In this document: piece after piece, positions 28,205 to 39,072 of the stretch
How the letters are laid out: every line of letters starts with the position of its first letter
Numbering within the stretch: the first letter of the stretch is position 1
Sequence record: SRR20825010_561
Length of the DNA stretch: 60,252 nt
Direction: 5' to 3' (one strand)
The notes under the pieces: generated by a model
Database searches by the model: none
The model's input: only the letters and a program-made list of their open reading frames with translations
Told to the model about the DNA's origin: nothing
Made by a program: the position numbers and the translations under genes

Positions 28205-29536
28205 TTACCTTCTCATTCCCCCAAGGTTGGCCAAGGCTCTTTTTCCTCCACCCATCTTGTTCATGGTTTTCATCATCTTGCGCATATCGGCAAACTGCTT
28301 CATTAGGTTATTTACTTCCTGAATAGTTCTACCGCTTCCAGTGGCAATCCTCTTCTTTCTGCTGCCATCTATTAAATCTGGATTGGCCCTTTCAGCCTTC
28401 GTCATTGATTTAATGATCGATTCTATTGGCTTGAATGAATCATCGTCAATATCAAGTCCTTTCATGGCTTTGCCCATGCCTGGAATCATTCCCAAAAGGT
28501 CTTTGATGTTACCCATTTTCTTGATTTGCTCAAGCTGAGAAAGGAAATCTTCAAAGTCGAATTTATTCTGACGAATCTTCTTGTTCAGCTTACGCGTTTC
28601 TTCTTCGTCAAAATTCTCTTGTGCCTTTTCAACCAAAGAAACCACATCACCCATGCCTAGGATTCTGCTGGCCATCCTTTCAGGATAGAAAAGATCGATA
28701 GCATCCATCTTTTCACCAGTAGACATGAACTTAATTGGTTTTTCAACTACCGTTCTAATAGAAAGGGCAGCTCCACCACGGGTATCACCATCTAACTTGG
28801 TCAACACAACACCATCAAAATCGAGGCGTTCGTTAAAGGTTTTGGCTGTATTTACCGCATCCTGTCCTGTCATCGAATCGACAACAAACAGGGTTTCGGT
28901 TGGATTGAGTGCTTTTTTAAGCTCCTCAATTTCATTCATCATTTGTTCGTCTACCGCCAAACGACCGGCAGTATCCACAATTACAATTTTCTTACCCGTT
29001 GCCTTAGCGTGTTTGATCGCGTTATTGGCAATTTGAAGGGCATTCTTGTTTTCTGGTTCAGCATATACCTCTACTCCTACTTGCTCCCCCAATACTTTCA
29101 ATTGGTCAATCGCAGCAGGTCTGTAAATATCACAAGCGGTTAGCAATACCTGACGCCCTTGCTTTTTGAGCATGTTGGCCAGTTTACCAGAGAAAGTGGT
29201 TTTACCCGAACCTTGTAGGCCAGAGATCAAAATCACAGCAGGGTCGCCCTTTGTATTAAAGTCGGCTTTTTCGCCCCCCATCATTTTGGTAAGCTCTTCG
29301 CTTACAATCTTTACTAAAAGTTGGCCTGGTTTAACAGAAATCAAAACATCACGCCCAAGCGCTTGTTCCTTGATCCTATCCGTTACATCTTTAGCTACTT
29401 TAAAGTTAACATCAGCAGAAATTAAAGCCCTTCTGATTTCCTTTACCGTAGACGCAACGTTAATCTCGGTTATTGTTCCTTGTCCCTTTAGCGTTTTAAA
29501 CGCCTGATCCAGCTTACCACTTAAATTATCAAACAT
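28205..29536 (-). CDS. ffh: Signal recognition particle protein
   Basis: GLQGSGKTT, DTAGR, TKLDGDTRGG, Met-rich M domain; start revised to 29536. Confidence 0.97.
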   Translation of the reverse strand: MFDNLSGKLDQAFKTLKGQGTITEINVASTVKEIRRALISADVNFKVAKDVTDRIKEQALGRDVLISVKPGQLLVKIVSEELTKMMGGEKADFNTKGDPAVILISGLQGSGKTTFSGKLANMLKKQGRQVLLTACDIYRPAAIDQLKVLGEQVGVEVYAEPENKNALQIANNAIKHAKATGKKIVIVDTAGRLAVDEQMMNEIEELKKALNPTETLFVVDSMTGQDAVNTAKTFNERLDFDGVVLTKLDGDTRGGAALSIRTVVEKPIKFMSTGEKMDAIDLFYPERMASRILGMGDVVSLVEKAQENFDEEETRKLNKKIRQNKFDFEDFLSQLEQIKKMGNIKDLLGMIPGMGKAMKGLDIDDDSFKPIESIIKSMTKAERANPDLIDGSRKKRIATGSGRTIQEVNNLMKQFADMRKMMKTMNKMGGGKRALANLGGMRR

Positions 29537-29557
29537 ATTCTCAATTGTAATTGACTG

Positions 29558-29565
29558 CAAAAATA
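29558..29565 (-). promoter_or_regulatory. -7 promoter box for ffh
   Basis: Minus strand TATTTTTG(CAG). Confidence 0.5.
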
Positions 29566-29636
29566 TAAAAAATATCGTCAGGGCGAAGGATGAATTCATA
29601 TTGAAAAACTCAAAAAAAACATTTCACCTTTTTAAA

Positions 29637-29644
29637 TACATTTG
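29637..29644 (+). promoter_or_regulatory. -7 promoter box for the yfhO-like gene
   Basis: TACATTTG. Confidence 0.45.
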
Positions 29645-29681
29645 ATATGAAGATATTGGTGCCTTCATAACATTCCCAAAC

Positions 29682-32144
29682 ATGATCAAAGTCGATTTTA
29701 AGAAGGACGTATTGCCTCATATTGTAGCGATTGCCATTTTTTTAGTGCTCACGCTTATACTTTTCAAACCTGTATTTTTTGAAAGCAAGTCATTGACACA
29801 AGGCGACATTCTACAATGGGAAGGTGGCGCTAAAGAGATTTTAGATTACCGTGCCGAAACGGGTGAAGAAGGTCTTTGGACCAATTCTATGTTTAGCGGA
29901 ATGCCAGCCTATATGGTAAGCGTGAAATGGGGGAATGAATTGATCAAAACCATGCATGCGGTCATCAGTTTTGGATTGCCCCACCCCGTTAGAATCATCT
30001 TCGTTTCGATGATTTCATTCTATATCATGCTGCTTTGCTTTAAAGTGAGGCCTTACTTAGCCATCATTGGCGCTATCACTTTCGCACTTTCTTCTTACAA
30101 TATTATAGGCATAACCGCTGGGCATAATGCTCGAATTTCTGCAGTTTCCCTAATGCCGCTAGTAATGGGTGGAATTCACCTCTGTTTCACTAGAAATAAA
30201 TGGTTGGGCTTTAGTCTTACCGCTTTGGCTTTGGCCATGCAAATGCGAGTCAATCACCTTCAAATTACTTATTACTTAGCTTTTATTGTTGCTATTTATG
30301 GTTTACTTCAGCTTATCCATGCAGCAAAAAACGGAGAATTAAAGCCTTTTGCTCAGCGACTTGGTCTCTTAGTTTTGGCCGCAGTTTTAGCTGTAGGCAC
30401 TTTCTTTGGTGAGTTTTACGCCACTTACGAGTATGGGAAATACTCAAACCGAGGTCAGTCTGAATTGACACAGCAAACAGATCAAGATTTAAATGAAGAC
30501 GGCTTATCTAAAACTTACGCCTTCCAATACAGTAACGGCCTTGCCGATCCCTTCACTTTGTTTATTCCAAATGCTTTAGGGGGAAATGATCAGCTAGACA
30601 CTGATTCCAATAGTGCTGATGTTTTAAGACAAGCAGGTGCCACAGAAGCCCAAGTGAAACAAACGCTTCCTTCTCTCAGAACCTATTGGGGCAAAGAATC
30701 AGCCACTACTTACTACGCGGGGGCGATTATGATATTCCTCTGTGTAGTAGGAATCTTCTTTGTGGAAAGAAGGTATGTGATCTGGTTAGTATTCGTTTCC
30801 ATCTTAGGAATTTTAATGAGCTACGGAAGAAACCTACCTAGTTTCAATTACTTCCTCTTCGATTATTTCCCTGGTTACAACAAATTCAGGTCGGTGAGTT
30901 TCACGATTATGATGCCCATTTTCGGTATTATTTTCTTAGGAATGTTGGGCTTAGAAAAGGTGTTAGATCAAAAACTGAATAAAGCGCAACAAAAGAAATT
31001 GTTGATCGCATTAGGCACCACAGGAGGTTTAGCCTTACTCATAACTGCCATTCCTGGTATTTATGGCTTTGGTACTCCGTTCGATGCACAATTACTAGCT
31101 AGCTATCCTGAAGCGCTGAAGACTGCTCTTATAGAAGCGCTTAAAGACGATAGAAAAGACCTTCTTAGGTCAGATGCCTTCCGTGCCTTTATTTTCATAG
31201 CGCTTTTTGCGGGCACTTACTTTTTGTACTCCATCAAAAAATTGGGTAAACCGATGGCTTTTGCCTTGATGATTCTACTTGGAATTCTAGACGTAAGCTT
31301 GGTCGCTGGTCGATTTATAGGAGAAGAGAACTTTGCTACATCGCCAAGGGCACAATTCTTTGCGGAATCAAATGCTGATCGCTTTATCAAACAAAATGAG
31401 AGTAAAGGTGATCGAGTTTTGAACTTAACGGCTTCATTCTACAACGCAAAATCATCATATCATCACCATACGATTAATGGTTATCATGGTGCAAGATTAA
31501 GGAGGTATCAAGAATTGATCGACAAGAATATTTTTCCAGAAATGCAGCAGCTTACCCAAAATATTCAAAACGGCAATAATGACTTTGGCGGTTTTGGGGT
31601 GCTGAATATGCTTAACACTCGTCACTTGATTATTGACCCTTCATCACCTCAAGGCGTGTTAACTAACAATTCAGCCAATGGAGCCGCTTGGTTTGTAGAC
31701 AACCTGATTAAGGTAAGTTCTCCAGATGAAGCGTTTAATGGAATTGGAAACATTGAAACAAAAACACAAGCAATTGTCAATTCATCAGAGTTTAACCTGA
31801 AGCTTGACAATCCAAGCAGCGAAGGGCAGATTAATTTAATAGACTATCGCCCTGGTTATTGGAAGTACAACAGTCAAAATTCAGGTGATGGCTTTGCCGT
31901 ATTCTCTGAAATCTATTACCCAAAAGGATTTAAGGTAACGATGGATGGCCAGCCAGTAGAAATGCTTCGCGCTAACTATGTACTTCGAGCATTAGAAGTA
32001 CCTGCAGGAAACCATGAAATCGTTTTCGAATTCAAGCCTACCATCTACAGCACAGGGACAATCATAATGAGAATCTTTTCTGTTTTGGTGGTGTTGATGT
32101 TTTTGGGTTCAGTCTACTGGAGTTTAAGGATTAAAAAGGCTTAA
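29682..32144 (+). CDS. YfhO-family multi-pass membrane protein (GT-C-like)
   Basis: WTNSMFSGMP, NHLQITYY, YNKFR, FSEIYYP, RANYVLRALEVPAGNHEI. Confidence 0.85.
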   Translation: MIKVDFKKDVLPHIVAIAIFLVLTLILFKPVFFESKSLTQGDILQWEGGAKEILDYRAETGEEGLWTNSMFSGMPAYMVSVKWGNELIKTMHAVISFGLPHPVRIIFVSMISFYIMLLCFKVRPYLAIIGAITFALSSYNIIGITAGHNARISAVSLMPLVMGGIHLCFTRNKWLGFSLTALALAMQMRVNHLQITYYLAFIVAIYGLLQLIHAAKNGELKPFAQRLGLLVLAAVLAVGTFFGEFYATYEYGKYSNRGQSELTQQTDQDLNEDGLSKTYAFQYSNGLADPFTLFIPNALGGNDQLDTDSNSADVLRQAGATEAQVKQTLPSLRTYWGKESATTYYAGAIMIFLCVVGIFFVERRYVIWLVFVSILGILMSYGRNLPSFNYFLFDYFPGYNKFRSVSFTIMMPIFGIIFLGMLGLEKVLDQKLNKAQQKKLLIALGTTGGLALLITAIPGIYGFGTPFDAQLLASYPEALKTALIEALKDDRKDLLRSDAFRAFIFIALFAGTYFLYSIKKLGKPMAFALMILLGILDVSLVAGRFIGEENFATSPRAQFFAESNADRFIKQNESKGDRVLNLTASFYNAKSSYHHHTINGYHGARLRRYQELIDKNIFPEMQQLTQNIQNGNNDFGGFGVLNMLNTRHLIIDPSSPQGVLTNNSANGAAWFVDNLIKVSSPDEAFNGIGNIETKTQAIVNSSEFNLKLDNPSSEGQINLIDYRPGYWKYNSQNSGDGFAVFSEIYYPKGFKVTMDGQPVEMLRANYVLRALEVPAGNHEIVFEFKPTIYSTGTIIMRIFSVLVVLMFLGSVYWSLRIKKA

Positions 32145-32205
32145 TCTATTCCTAATATATTTTCATAAAAAACAGCCTCATCCCTCAAAATCAAAAATTC
32201 AACCC

Positions 32206-32213
32206 TAAATTTG
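32206..32213 (+). promoter_or_regulatory. -7 promoter box
   Basis: TAAATTTG just before the GT4 start. Confidence 0.45.
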
Positions 32214-32218
32214 AAGCT

Positions 32219-33451
32219 ATGGGCAAGAAAATCTGTATGCTTCTTCATGAATTTTACCCGAATGACATTCGAGTAACCAAAGAAGTGTCTTCACTAATAG
32301 ATTCTGGGTTTGAAATTCACCTGATATGTCTTCAAAGAAAGGGTGAGTTGAAAACCGAAATGGTTAATGGAATTAAAGTCCACAGGATTCCAATGGCTCA
32401 AACCTTTTTCTGGAGAGGGATTTGGGATATACTTCTAGTTTTCTTTGGTTTTTTTCAGCCCGTATTCTATAAAAAACTATACTGGCTATACAATAAGGAG
32501 CTATTTGATGCCATCCATGTGCACGACTTACCATTGGCAAAAACGGCAATACAGCTTAAAAAGAAAACAGGAGTGAAAGTTGTGCTCGATTTTCATGAGA
32601 ATTACCCTGAAGCTTTAAAAGTTTGGTTCATGTGGAAAAAAAACCCACTGATTCGTTTCAAAAACAAATGTTTTTTTGGCTTTGAAAAATGGTTGAGATA
32701 TGAAGGGGAAATGGCTCAATCGGCAGACAAGGTAATTGTAGTGGTTGAAGAAATGGCGGAAAGAATTCACCAACTTCATCATATTCCTTTCTCCAAAATT
32801 ATAACAATCACCAATTCAGAAGGAAAACACTTCCTAAATCAGGAGTCATTTGAAGATATTTATGAACATAATGAAGGTGACTTTATACTTGCCTACACTG
32901 GAGGTGTTGGGCCTCACAGAGGTGTTGATGTAGCCATTGAAGGCTTGGCATTTCTTAAGCACCATCCTAAAATAAGATTGGAGCTTACCGGCACACTTTC
33001 TACTGCCACAGGTAATTGGTTAGAAGATTTGATTAAGAAGCATGGCATAGAGAAACAAGTAAAAATCAATGGTTATCAACCATTTTCTAAGTTCTTTTCT
33101 TACATGGCTTTTGCAGACGTAAACCTAATTCCGCACAATAGAAATGGGCACACTGACAACACCATTCCTCATAAACTTTATCAAGGCATGATGGTCGGGA
33201 AGCCAGTGATAGTCAGTGATGCACCTCCGCTGAAACGCGTGGTTGAAGAACTCAATAGTGGCTTAGTTTTCGAAGGAGAAAGTCCGAAAGACTTCGCTAA
33301 TAAAGTTGAAGCGTTATATTTGAACAAAGCGCTTTATATCCAACTCGGCAAAAATGGTTATGAGGCCACCGTAAATCAAAGCTCCAACTGGGAAGCCACA
33401 GGAAAAATACTTGTAGACGAATACCAGCAATTACTTAAAATCAATGACTGA
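32219..33451 (+). CDS. Glycosyltransferase family 4
   Basis: DIRVTKE, IHVHD, DFHE, PHKLYQGMMVGKPVIVSD. Confidence 0.88.
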   Translation: MGKKICMLLHEFYPNDIRVTKEVSSLIDSGFEIHLICLQRKGELKTEMVNGIKVHRIPMAQTFFWRGIWDILLVFFGFFQPVFYKKLYWLYNKELFDAIHVHDLPLAKTAIQLKKKTGVKVVLDFHENYPEALKVWFMWKKNPLIRFKNKCFFGFEKWLRYEGEMAQSADKVIVVVEEMAERIHQLHHIPFSKIITITNSEGKHFLNQESFEDIYEHNEGDFILAYTGGVGPHRGVDVAIEGLAFLKHHPKIRLELTGTLSTATGNWLEDLIKKHGIEKQVKINGYQPFSKFFSYMAFADVNLIPHNRNGHTDNTIPHKLYQGMMVGKPVIVSDAPPLKRVVEELNSGLVFEGESPKDFANKVEALYLNKALYIQLGKNGYEATVNQSSNWEATGKILVDEYQQLLKIND

Positions 33452-33971
33452 CAAAAATAAGCAGATCACTAAATTCAAAAGGTTTGAACAAACACTTGAA
33501 TTCATGAAGGGATCTCTCCCTAAAGGAAGTAAAATATTGGATTTAGGCACTCCTAATGACATGTCAGAGTATTTGATCAGTTACGGCTACAAAGTGGACA
33601 ATGCCTATGGAGTGGATTTCGATCTAAATCCAGAAATTATTGCAAAAGAGGGTTACGATGCCGTCACCATGTTCGAAGTATTAGAGCATTTAATCAACCC
33701 AATGGGGATTCTTACTCAAGTTAAAGCCCCTAAACTTTTTGCATCAGTACCATTGAGCCTGTGGTTTGCGAAAGCCTACCGCAATAAATCAGACGAATGG
33801 GATCAACACTTTCATGAATTTGAAGATTGGCAATTTGACTGGCTGATTGAAAAATCAGACTGGAAAATCCTAAACAGGGCAAAATGGGTAAGTCCAGTTC
33901 AAAAAATTGGTTTCAGACCAATTCTTAGAAAATTCACACCAAGATATTACATTATCGAGGCTGAAAGGTAA
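33444..33971 (+). CDS. Class I SAM-dependent methyltransferase-like protein
   Basis: KILDLG, YDAVTMFEVLEHL. Confidence 0.75.
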   Translation: MTDKNKQITKFKRFEQTLEFMKGSLPKGSKILDLGTPNDMSEYLISYGYKVDNAYGVDFDLNPEIIAKEGYDAVTMFEVLEHLINPMGILTQVKAPKLFASVPLSLWFAKAYRNKSDEWDQHFHEFEDWQFDWLIEKSDWKILNRAKWVSPVQKIGFRPILRKFTPRYYIIEAER

Positions 33972-33974
33972 CCT

Positions 33975-35450
33975 GTGGGCATCGTCATCAAACAAAGTAT
34001 TCGTTCTTCTATCATCGCCTATATTGGGGTGCTGATTGGGTACGTTAATGTGCTTTGGCTATTCCCTTATTTTTTAGAGGCAGATCAAATTGGCCTCTTT
34101 AGGTTAATTCAGAGCAGTGCTTTCTTGATGGCTACTTTTGGTCAATTTGGCCTGGGCTCAGCTTTGGTCAAGTTCTTTCCAAAACTGAAGGATCAAAAAG
34201 GTTTTTTAAGCTTTATTCTTTTAGGAGGAGTTGTGGGCTTTGTCCTTTTCACTGCTTTTACATTTCTCTTCAAATCTCAGATCACCGCTTATTTCTCTCA
34301 GGAATCCGCTCTATTTGTTGAGTTCTTTGGAATCACATTGCTCATTAGCTTTCTCCTGATCCAATTTCAGTTGCTAGAATCCTACTGCCGTAGCTTATTG
34401 AAAATCGTTGTTCCTACCATTATTCGAGACATTCAGCTTCGGCTTTCTGTAACCGCTTTGGTGGTCCTTTATGCAATCGATATAATCAACTTCTCTGGAC
34501 TCATTCAATGGCTTTTAGTAGCTTATTTACTCCTATTGGTATCGGTGATCGCTTACTTAATCCGCTTAAAAGCTCTCAAATTTAGCCTCAATTTTAAATT
34601 CATTAACAAAGCACTTTTCAAGCAAATCACCACTTATGCTTTGTATATGATGATTGGTGCTGGAGGAACTCAAATTGTGCTTCAAATCGACAGTATTATG
34701 GTAAGTGGTGCTTTAGGCTTAGACGCTACGGGCATTTACACTATAGCATTTTTTATTGGCGTAGTAATCGAAATGCCCAAACGTTCGATCACGCAAATTT
34801 CTGCTCCATTAATTGCACAGGCTTTCGAAAAAAATAACATGCCCGCAGTAGAGAAACTCTATAAACAGACCTCTATCAACCAAATGATCATTGGAAGTTT
34901 ATTGCTCATTGGTATTTGGGCAAATTTGGAAAGTCTCTATTCATTTATCCCCAACGGAGACGTGTACATCCAAGGCATCAACGTGGTTTTGTTTATAGGT
35001 CTAGGAAAACTAAGTGATATGATGTTCGGTACGAATGGGGAGATTATCGTGATGTCAAAACACTATAAGTTCAATGTAATTGCAGTAGGTATCTTGGCCA
35101 TACTCACTATAGCGCTGAACTTAGTATTGATTCCAAGTTATGGAATTGAAGGCGCTGCGATAGCTTCTTTTTTAGCGATGCTTACCTTTAACCTGAGTAA
35201 ATTCATTTTCGTTTGGTCGAAATTTAAAATTCAACCCTTCTCGTTTGGCACCTTAAAGCTTTTAATCATCGTGGTATTTGTGCTCCTGGTAAATCAAATG
35301 CTTCCCAAGCTAGACCATGTTTTATTAGATATGTTGGTTCGTTCGCTTATCATCACTGTTGTTTTACTGGGTGCAACAATTGGATTCAAAGTTTCAGATG
35401 AAGTGAATCAAGTATTAGCCAACTTTATAAAGCGAGTAAAGAATAACTAG
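33975..35450 (+). CDS. Wzx-like oligosaccharide flippase
   Basis: Many TM helices, MGIVIKQS start, LNLVLIPSYGIEGAAIAS. Confidence 0.85.
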   Translation: MGIVIKQSIRSSIIAYIGVLIGYVNVLWLFPYFLEADQIGLFRLIQSSAFLMATFGQFGLGSALVKFFPKLKDQKGFLSFILLGGVVGFVLFTAFTFLFKSQITAYFSQESALFVEFFGITLLISFLLIQFQLLESYCRSLLKIVVPTIIRDIQLRLSVTALVVLYAIDIINFSGLIQWLLVAYLLLLVSVIAYLIRLKALKFSLNFKFINKALFKQITTYALYMMIGAGGTQIVLQIDSIMVSGALGLDATGIYTIAFFIGVVIEMPKRSITQISAPLIAQAFEKNNMPAVEKLYKQTSINQMIIGSLLLIGIWANLESLYSFIPNGDVYIQGINVVLFIGLGKLSDMMFGTNGEIIVMSKHYKFNVIAVGILAILTIALNLVLIPSYGIEGAAIASFLAMLTFNLSKFIFVWSKFKIQPFSFGTLKLLIIVVFVLLVNQMLPKLDHVLLDMLVRSLIITVVLLGATIGFKVSDEVNQVLANFIKRVKNN

Positions 35451-36760
35451 CGAGTGCCTAATGAATTAAATAACTCACTCAGCTCCCTAGTTAAGTGTTT
35501 TCGTCCAAACCTGCTTATCACCTCAGCATTAGAAGAAAAACTTTTACCCTTCCAACCTTGATAGGCTTCTCTCAAAAAAGACTTTAGCAAAGTCTCATCT
35601 GTTTGTTCAAAAACAGACCCTGATTTCGTTTTATTAAGAATTTCGGCCAAATCACTCTCTTTGTTCCCTATACTTAGGATTCCCTTTCTTGCTCCTAAAT
35701 ACTCAAATAGCTTGCCTGGCAAATGCCCCTTTGCATTTTCAGAATTATTCTGAAGTAACAACAGCACAGAAGATTGCTGATATTTCTCTAAAACTTCCGA
35801 ATGAGGTAAATAATTATGTTTCCTAATAAGCGGCATCAGGTGAGCATGGGATTTAAAAGTAGCCAATACATCATCACTCAAGATTCCTACAAATTCAATT
35901 TCTAAATCATCACCGAATTCATCTGCCCGAACCATTTCATCCAAAATCTTCCAAAACCATTCTGGATTTCTAAAAACATTCAGCATACCTACATGACTTA
36001 TTCTAAATTTATTAGGGTGAAGAGTCGAATTAGAGATATTAAAATCCTCTTCATCGAAACCGTTCGTGATGGCTTTGACTCTTCGTGCTCCTAGTTTTTC
36101 AAAATCGATCTTCCAACTATTACTTACGGTCAGCACACAATCTGCAGCACGTATCACCTGTTGTTCTAAATTTCTATGCTTTCGCCAAACCAAAGCACTC
36201 ATATTGAATTTCTGGAGTATATCCCATTTAGACCAGGGGTCACGAAAATCAGCAATCCAAGTAATACCAGGATTGTTCATCTTAAGCTTTAAGCCAATTA
36301 GATGCATGGAGTGTGGCGGACCTGTGGTAACTATAGTCTTTATATTGTTACTCTCTAAAATAGTAGCGATGTAGTCAGCGGAAGGTTTCACCCAAAAAAC
36401 CTTAGGGTCAGGAATAAAGACATTTCCACGAAGCCAGATTGCGATTCGAGACATTAGGTTCTTCTTCCCACCTTCTAAAACTTGCCCCTGCTTCAATTCC
36501 TTCCTACCAGAAAGCTTTTTAAATATAGAATAGGGTTCCCAAATAGGGAATTTCAAGACTTCGGTTTGTGGATAAACATCTCTAACTAAAGAATCATCTT
36601 TTAAGTCGAAATCAGGATTTTCTGGGGTGAAGATTACTGGTTCCCAACCATATTCTGGCAGGTATTTAGAAAACTTAAGCCAACGCTGTACTCCGCCTCC
36701 AGCACTAGGTGGCCAATAGTATGTGATGATCAATACTTTTTGATTGGCTGAATCAGTCAT
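35447..36760 (-). CDS. Glycosyltransferase family 4
   Basis: YYWPPSAGGGVQRW, TTGPPHS, ADFRDPW, PGKLFEY. Confidence 0.88.
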   Translation of the reverse strand: MTDSANQKVLIITYYWPPSAGGGVQRWLKFSKYLPEYGWEPVIFTPENPDFDLKDDSLVRDVYPQTEVLKFPIWEPYSIFKKLSGRKELKQGQVLEGGKKNLMSRIAIWLRGNVFIPDPKVFWVKPSADYIATILESNNIKTIVTTGPPHSMHLIGLKLKMNNPGITWIADFRDPWSKWDILQKFNMSALVWRKHRNLEQQVIRAADCVLTVSNSWKIDFEKLGARRVKAITNGFDEEDFNISNSTLHPNKFRISHVGMLNVFRNPEWFWKILDEMVRADEFGDDLEIEFVGILSDDVLATFKSHAHLMPLIRKHNYLPHSEVLEKYQQSSVLLLLQNNSENAKGHLPGKLFEYLGARKGILSIGNKESDLAEILNKTKSGSVFEQTDETLLKSFLREAYQGWKGKSFSSNAEVISRFGRKHLTRELSELFNSLGTR

Positions 36761-36895
36761 TGGTCAAATATGATAAGAAAACCGATAATGACATAAAACT
36801 ATAGGCTAATAAGGTGCTATTAAGGGTTAACTTTGCTTTTGTTCTCAAAAAAAATTTACTTCGAACAAAATAGGTCAAACACAAAACATACAACA

Positions 36896-37342
36896 ATGGG
36901 TTACATGCCGATAATAGTCGCTCTTTCAGGTTTCATCCTACTATTCTCTATCTATATCTATAATCAAATTAAACCTCGAAAAGCCAACATCACCAAATTG
37001 ATTGACAGGATGGAAGAGGTGAGCCGTGAAAGAAAACATTTAATCTTGGGTCATTACAGTAGCAATGAAGTTTCACCACTATCGGAAATTGCTATTCAAC
37101 TCAAAAAAACTTCAACTGATAGGTTTCAGAGTTTTGGCAAAGAAGAGCTATTGATTGCAGAAATTAATTTGGCAGCACCTCAAATTTCCGACAAACCATT
37201 ATCTACCCAAATTCAGCGATTAAATGAAGAGCAAAAACAATTGCTTCGTAATTTAAGAACCGCTTCCGGGGAATATAACCGATTTATCGCTTCGCCTTCC
37301 AATAAAATGGTGGCTTCACTTTTCGGCTTCAAGACTTTTTGA
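36896..37342 (+). CDS. LemA-like membrane-anchored protein
   Basis: N-terminal TM then YN; C-terminal EYNRFIASPSNKMVASLFGF; start revised to 36896. Confidence 0.6.
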   Translation: MGYMPIIVALSGFILLFSIYIYNQIKPRKANITKLIDRMEEVSRERKHLILGHYSSNEVSPLSEIAIQLKKTSTDRFQSFGKEELLIAEINLAAPQISDKPLSTQIQRLNEEQKQLLRNLRTASGEYNRFIASPSNKMVASLFGFKTF

Positions 37343-38248
37343 TTCAATTTCTGACAAAACGTACTCCAAGACCCCTTCGTAGTCGTTTGACTCAAACCAT
37401 TTGACTGCGTCATTTTTCTTAAACCAAGTCATTTGGCGCTTGGCATACCTTCTTGAGTTCCTCTTAAGCAAACGTATGGCCTCATCTCTATCGTAATGCC
37501 CATCCAGATAACCGAAAATCTCTCTATAGCCTACTGTTTGAAGCGCATTAAGGTGTCGCTGTTTATAAAACTTCTCAGCCTCTTCAAAAAGACCATTTTC
37601 AATCATTTGATCCATTCTTAAGTCAATGCGCTCATAGAGTTTCTCTCTGGCCATCTCCAACCCAACCATAATCACTTGAAATGATCGGTCGACTTTTTTC
37701 CCTGTTCTGAAACTACTGAACGGCTTTCCTGTAGACCGAATAACTTCCAAAGCACGAATTACGCGTTGTGGGTTTTTCAAATCCGCTTGGCTACAATATT
37801 CAGGATCTGACTCCATTAATTCATCTACGAGCATGTGGAGCCCCCTTGTGTTGAGTTCTTTAGTAAGCTGACCTCTCAACTCTGGAGGCACCATCGGCAG
37901 ATCATCTAAACCATAACAAACAGCATCGACAAATAGTCCTGAACCGCCTACCATGATCGCAACTTTCATTTCAGAAAAAATATGCGTTAAAATTCTCAAC
38001 ACATCATTTTCAAACTTTCTGACATCATAATGATCATGAATAGACAGTGAGTTTATCAAGTAATGTTTTACGGCAGAAAGTTCTTGGCTGTTTGGCTTAG
38101 CTGTTCCAATTTCAAGCTCTTTGTAAAACTGTCTGGAGTCTGCGGAAATAACCTCAGCCCCAATACTTTGAGCCAATTCAATTGAATGGACTGTTTTCCC
38201 TACTGCAGTAGGCCCTACCACACAAATCAAAAAGTCAAACTTAATCAC
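37316..38248 (-). CDS. miaA: tRNA dimethylallyltransferase
   Basis: GPTAVGKT, SADSRQ, IGTAKP, RRYAKRQMTWF; start is GTG 38248 or ATG 38269. Confidence 0.95.
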   Translation of the reverse strand: MIKFDFLICVVGPTAVGKTVHSIELAQSIGAEVISADSRQFYKELEIGTAKPNSQELSAVKHYLINSLSIHDHYDVRKFENDVLRILTHIFSEMKVAIMVGGSGLFVDAVCYGLDDLPMVPPELRGQLTKELNTRGLHMLVDELMESDPEYCSQADLKNPQRVIRALEVIRSTGKPFSSFRTGKKVDRSFQVIMVGLEMAREKLYERIDLRMDQMIENGLFEEAEKFYKQRHLNALQTVGYREIFGYLDGHYDRDEAIRLLKRNSRRYAKRQMTWFKKNDAVKWFESNDYEGVLEYVLSEIESKSLEAEK

Positions 38249-38313
38249 ACCACCTATTTGAATCGTCATAATTAATGAATAAACTTGCCCGACTTCAACC
38301 TAGACACCCCATT

Positions 38314-39072
38314 TTGAGCAGAAAAATACTTATCGTGGACGATAATGACATAAATCGTCAATACTTACGTTCCGTTTTGTCGGACGAAGATACAGAATTG
38401 TTATCAGCCTCAAATGGTCAAATGGCCTTAAAATTCCTTGAAAATCACATCCCAGATGTTATTCTAATGGATATTCAAATGCCCGAAATGGATGGCTTTG
38501 AATGTTTAAACCACATAAAGAAAAGGCACTCTGATTACCCTTCTCTGATTTTTGCCGTTACTGGTTTTTCCGATGACTTCGGTAACACTTCCTTCAAACA
38601 ACTTGGTTTTGATGAATTATTCCTGAAGCCTATAAAGGCGAACCTTTTCAAAGATCAAATCGGGGAGCTCCTACAGAAATGGAGAAGTGAAAAAGCAAAT
38701 TCAAACCATTTGCTAAGATATTCCGATGCTGAATTAGTTGAAATAAAGACCATCAAAGAACTCAGGAAGTACGCTTCGCAAAAGGAATTATTAGAGATAT
38801 ACAAGGACTTTGAATCAGAAACCTCTGAAGCACTACAACAGCTAAAGTATCATATTGCGTCAAATGATATTGACAAAATTTTAAGTATCTTGCATACCAT
38901 CAAAGGAAATTCGGCATCATTAGGAATTACCCCTATTGCTAAATTTTCTGAGCAGGTAGAATTGGAAATAAAAAATTCTCAAACAATAGACTCGAAAAAT
39001 TATTTACCAGAATTACTTGCTTTATTTGCTAAATTCGTAAGTAATTACGAAAGAATCTTAAATTTGAACTAA
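38314..39072 (+). CDS. Response regulator receiver fused to an Hpt domain
   Basis: ILIVDD, LMDIQMPEMDG, KP; HTIKGNSASLG Hpt motif; probable TTG start at 38314 (ORF open from 38275). Confidence 0.85.
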   Translation: MSRKILIVDDNDINRQYLRSVLSDEDTELLSASNGQMALKFLENHIPDVILMDIQMPEMDGFECLNHIKKRHSDYPSLIFAVTGFSDDFGNTSFKQLGFDELFLKPIKANLFKDQIGELLQKWRSEKANSNHLLRYSDAELVEIKTIKELRKYASQKELLEIYKDFESETSEALQQLKYHIASNDIDKILSILHTIKGNSASLGITPIAKFSEQVELEIKNSQTIDSKNYLPELLALFAKFVSNYERILNLN

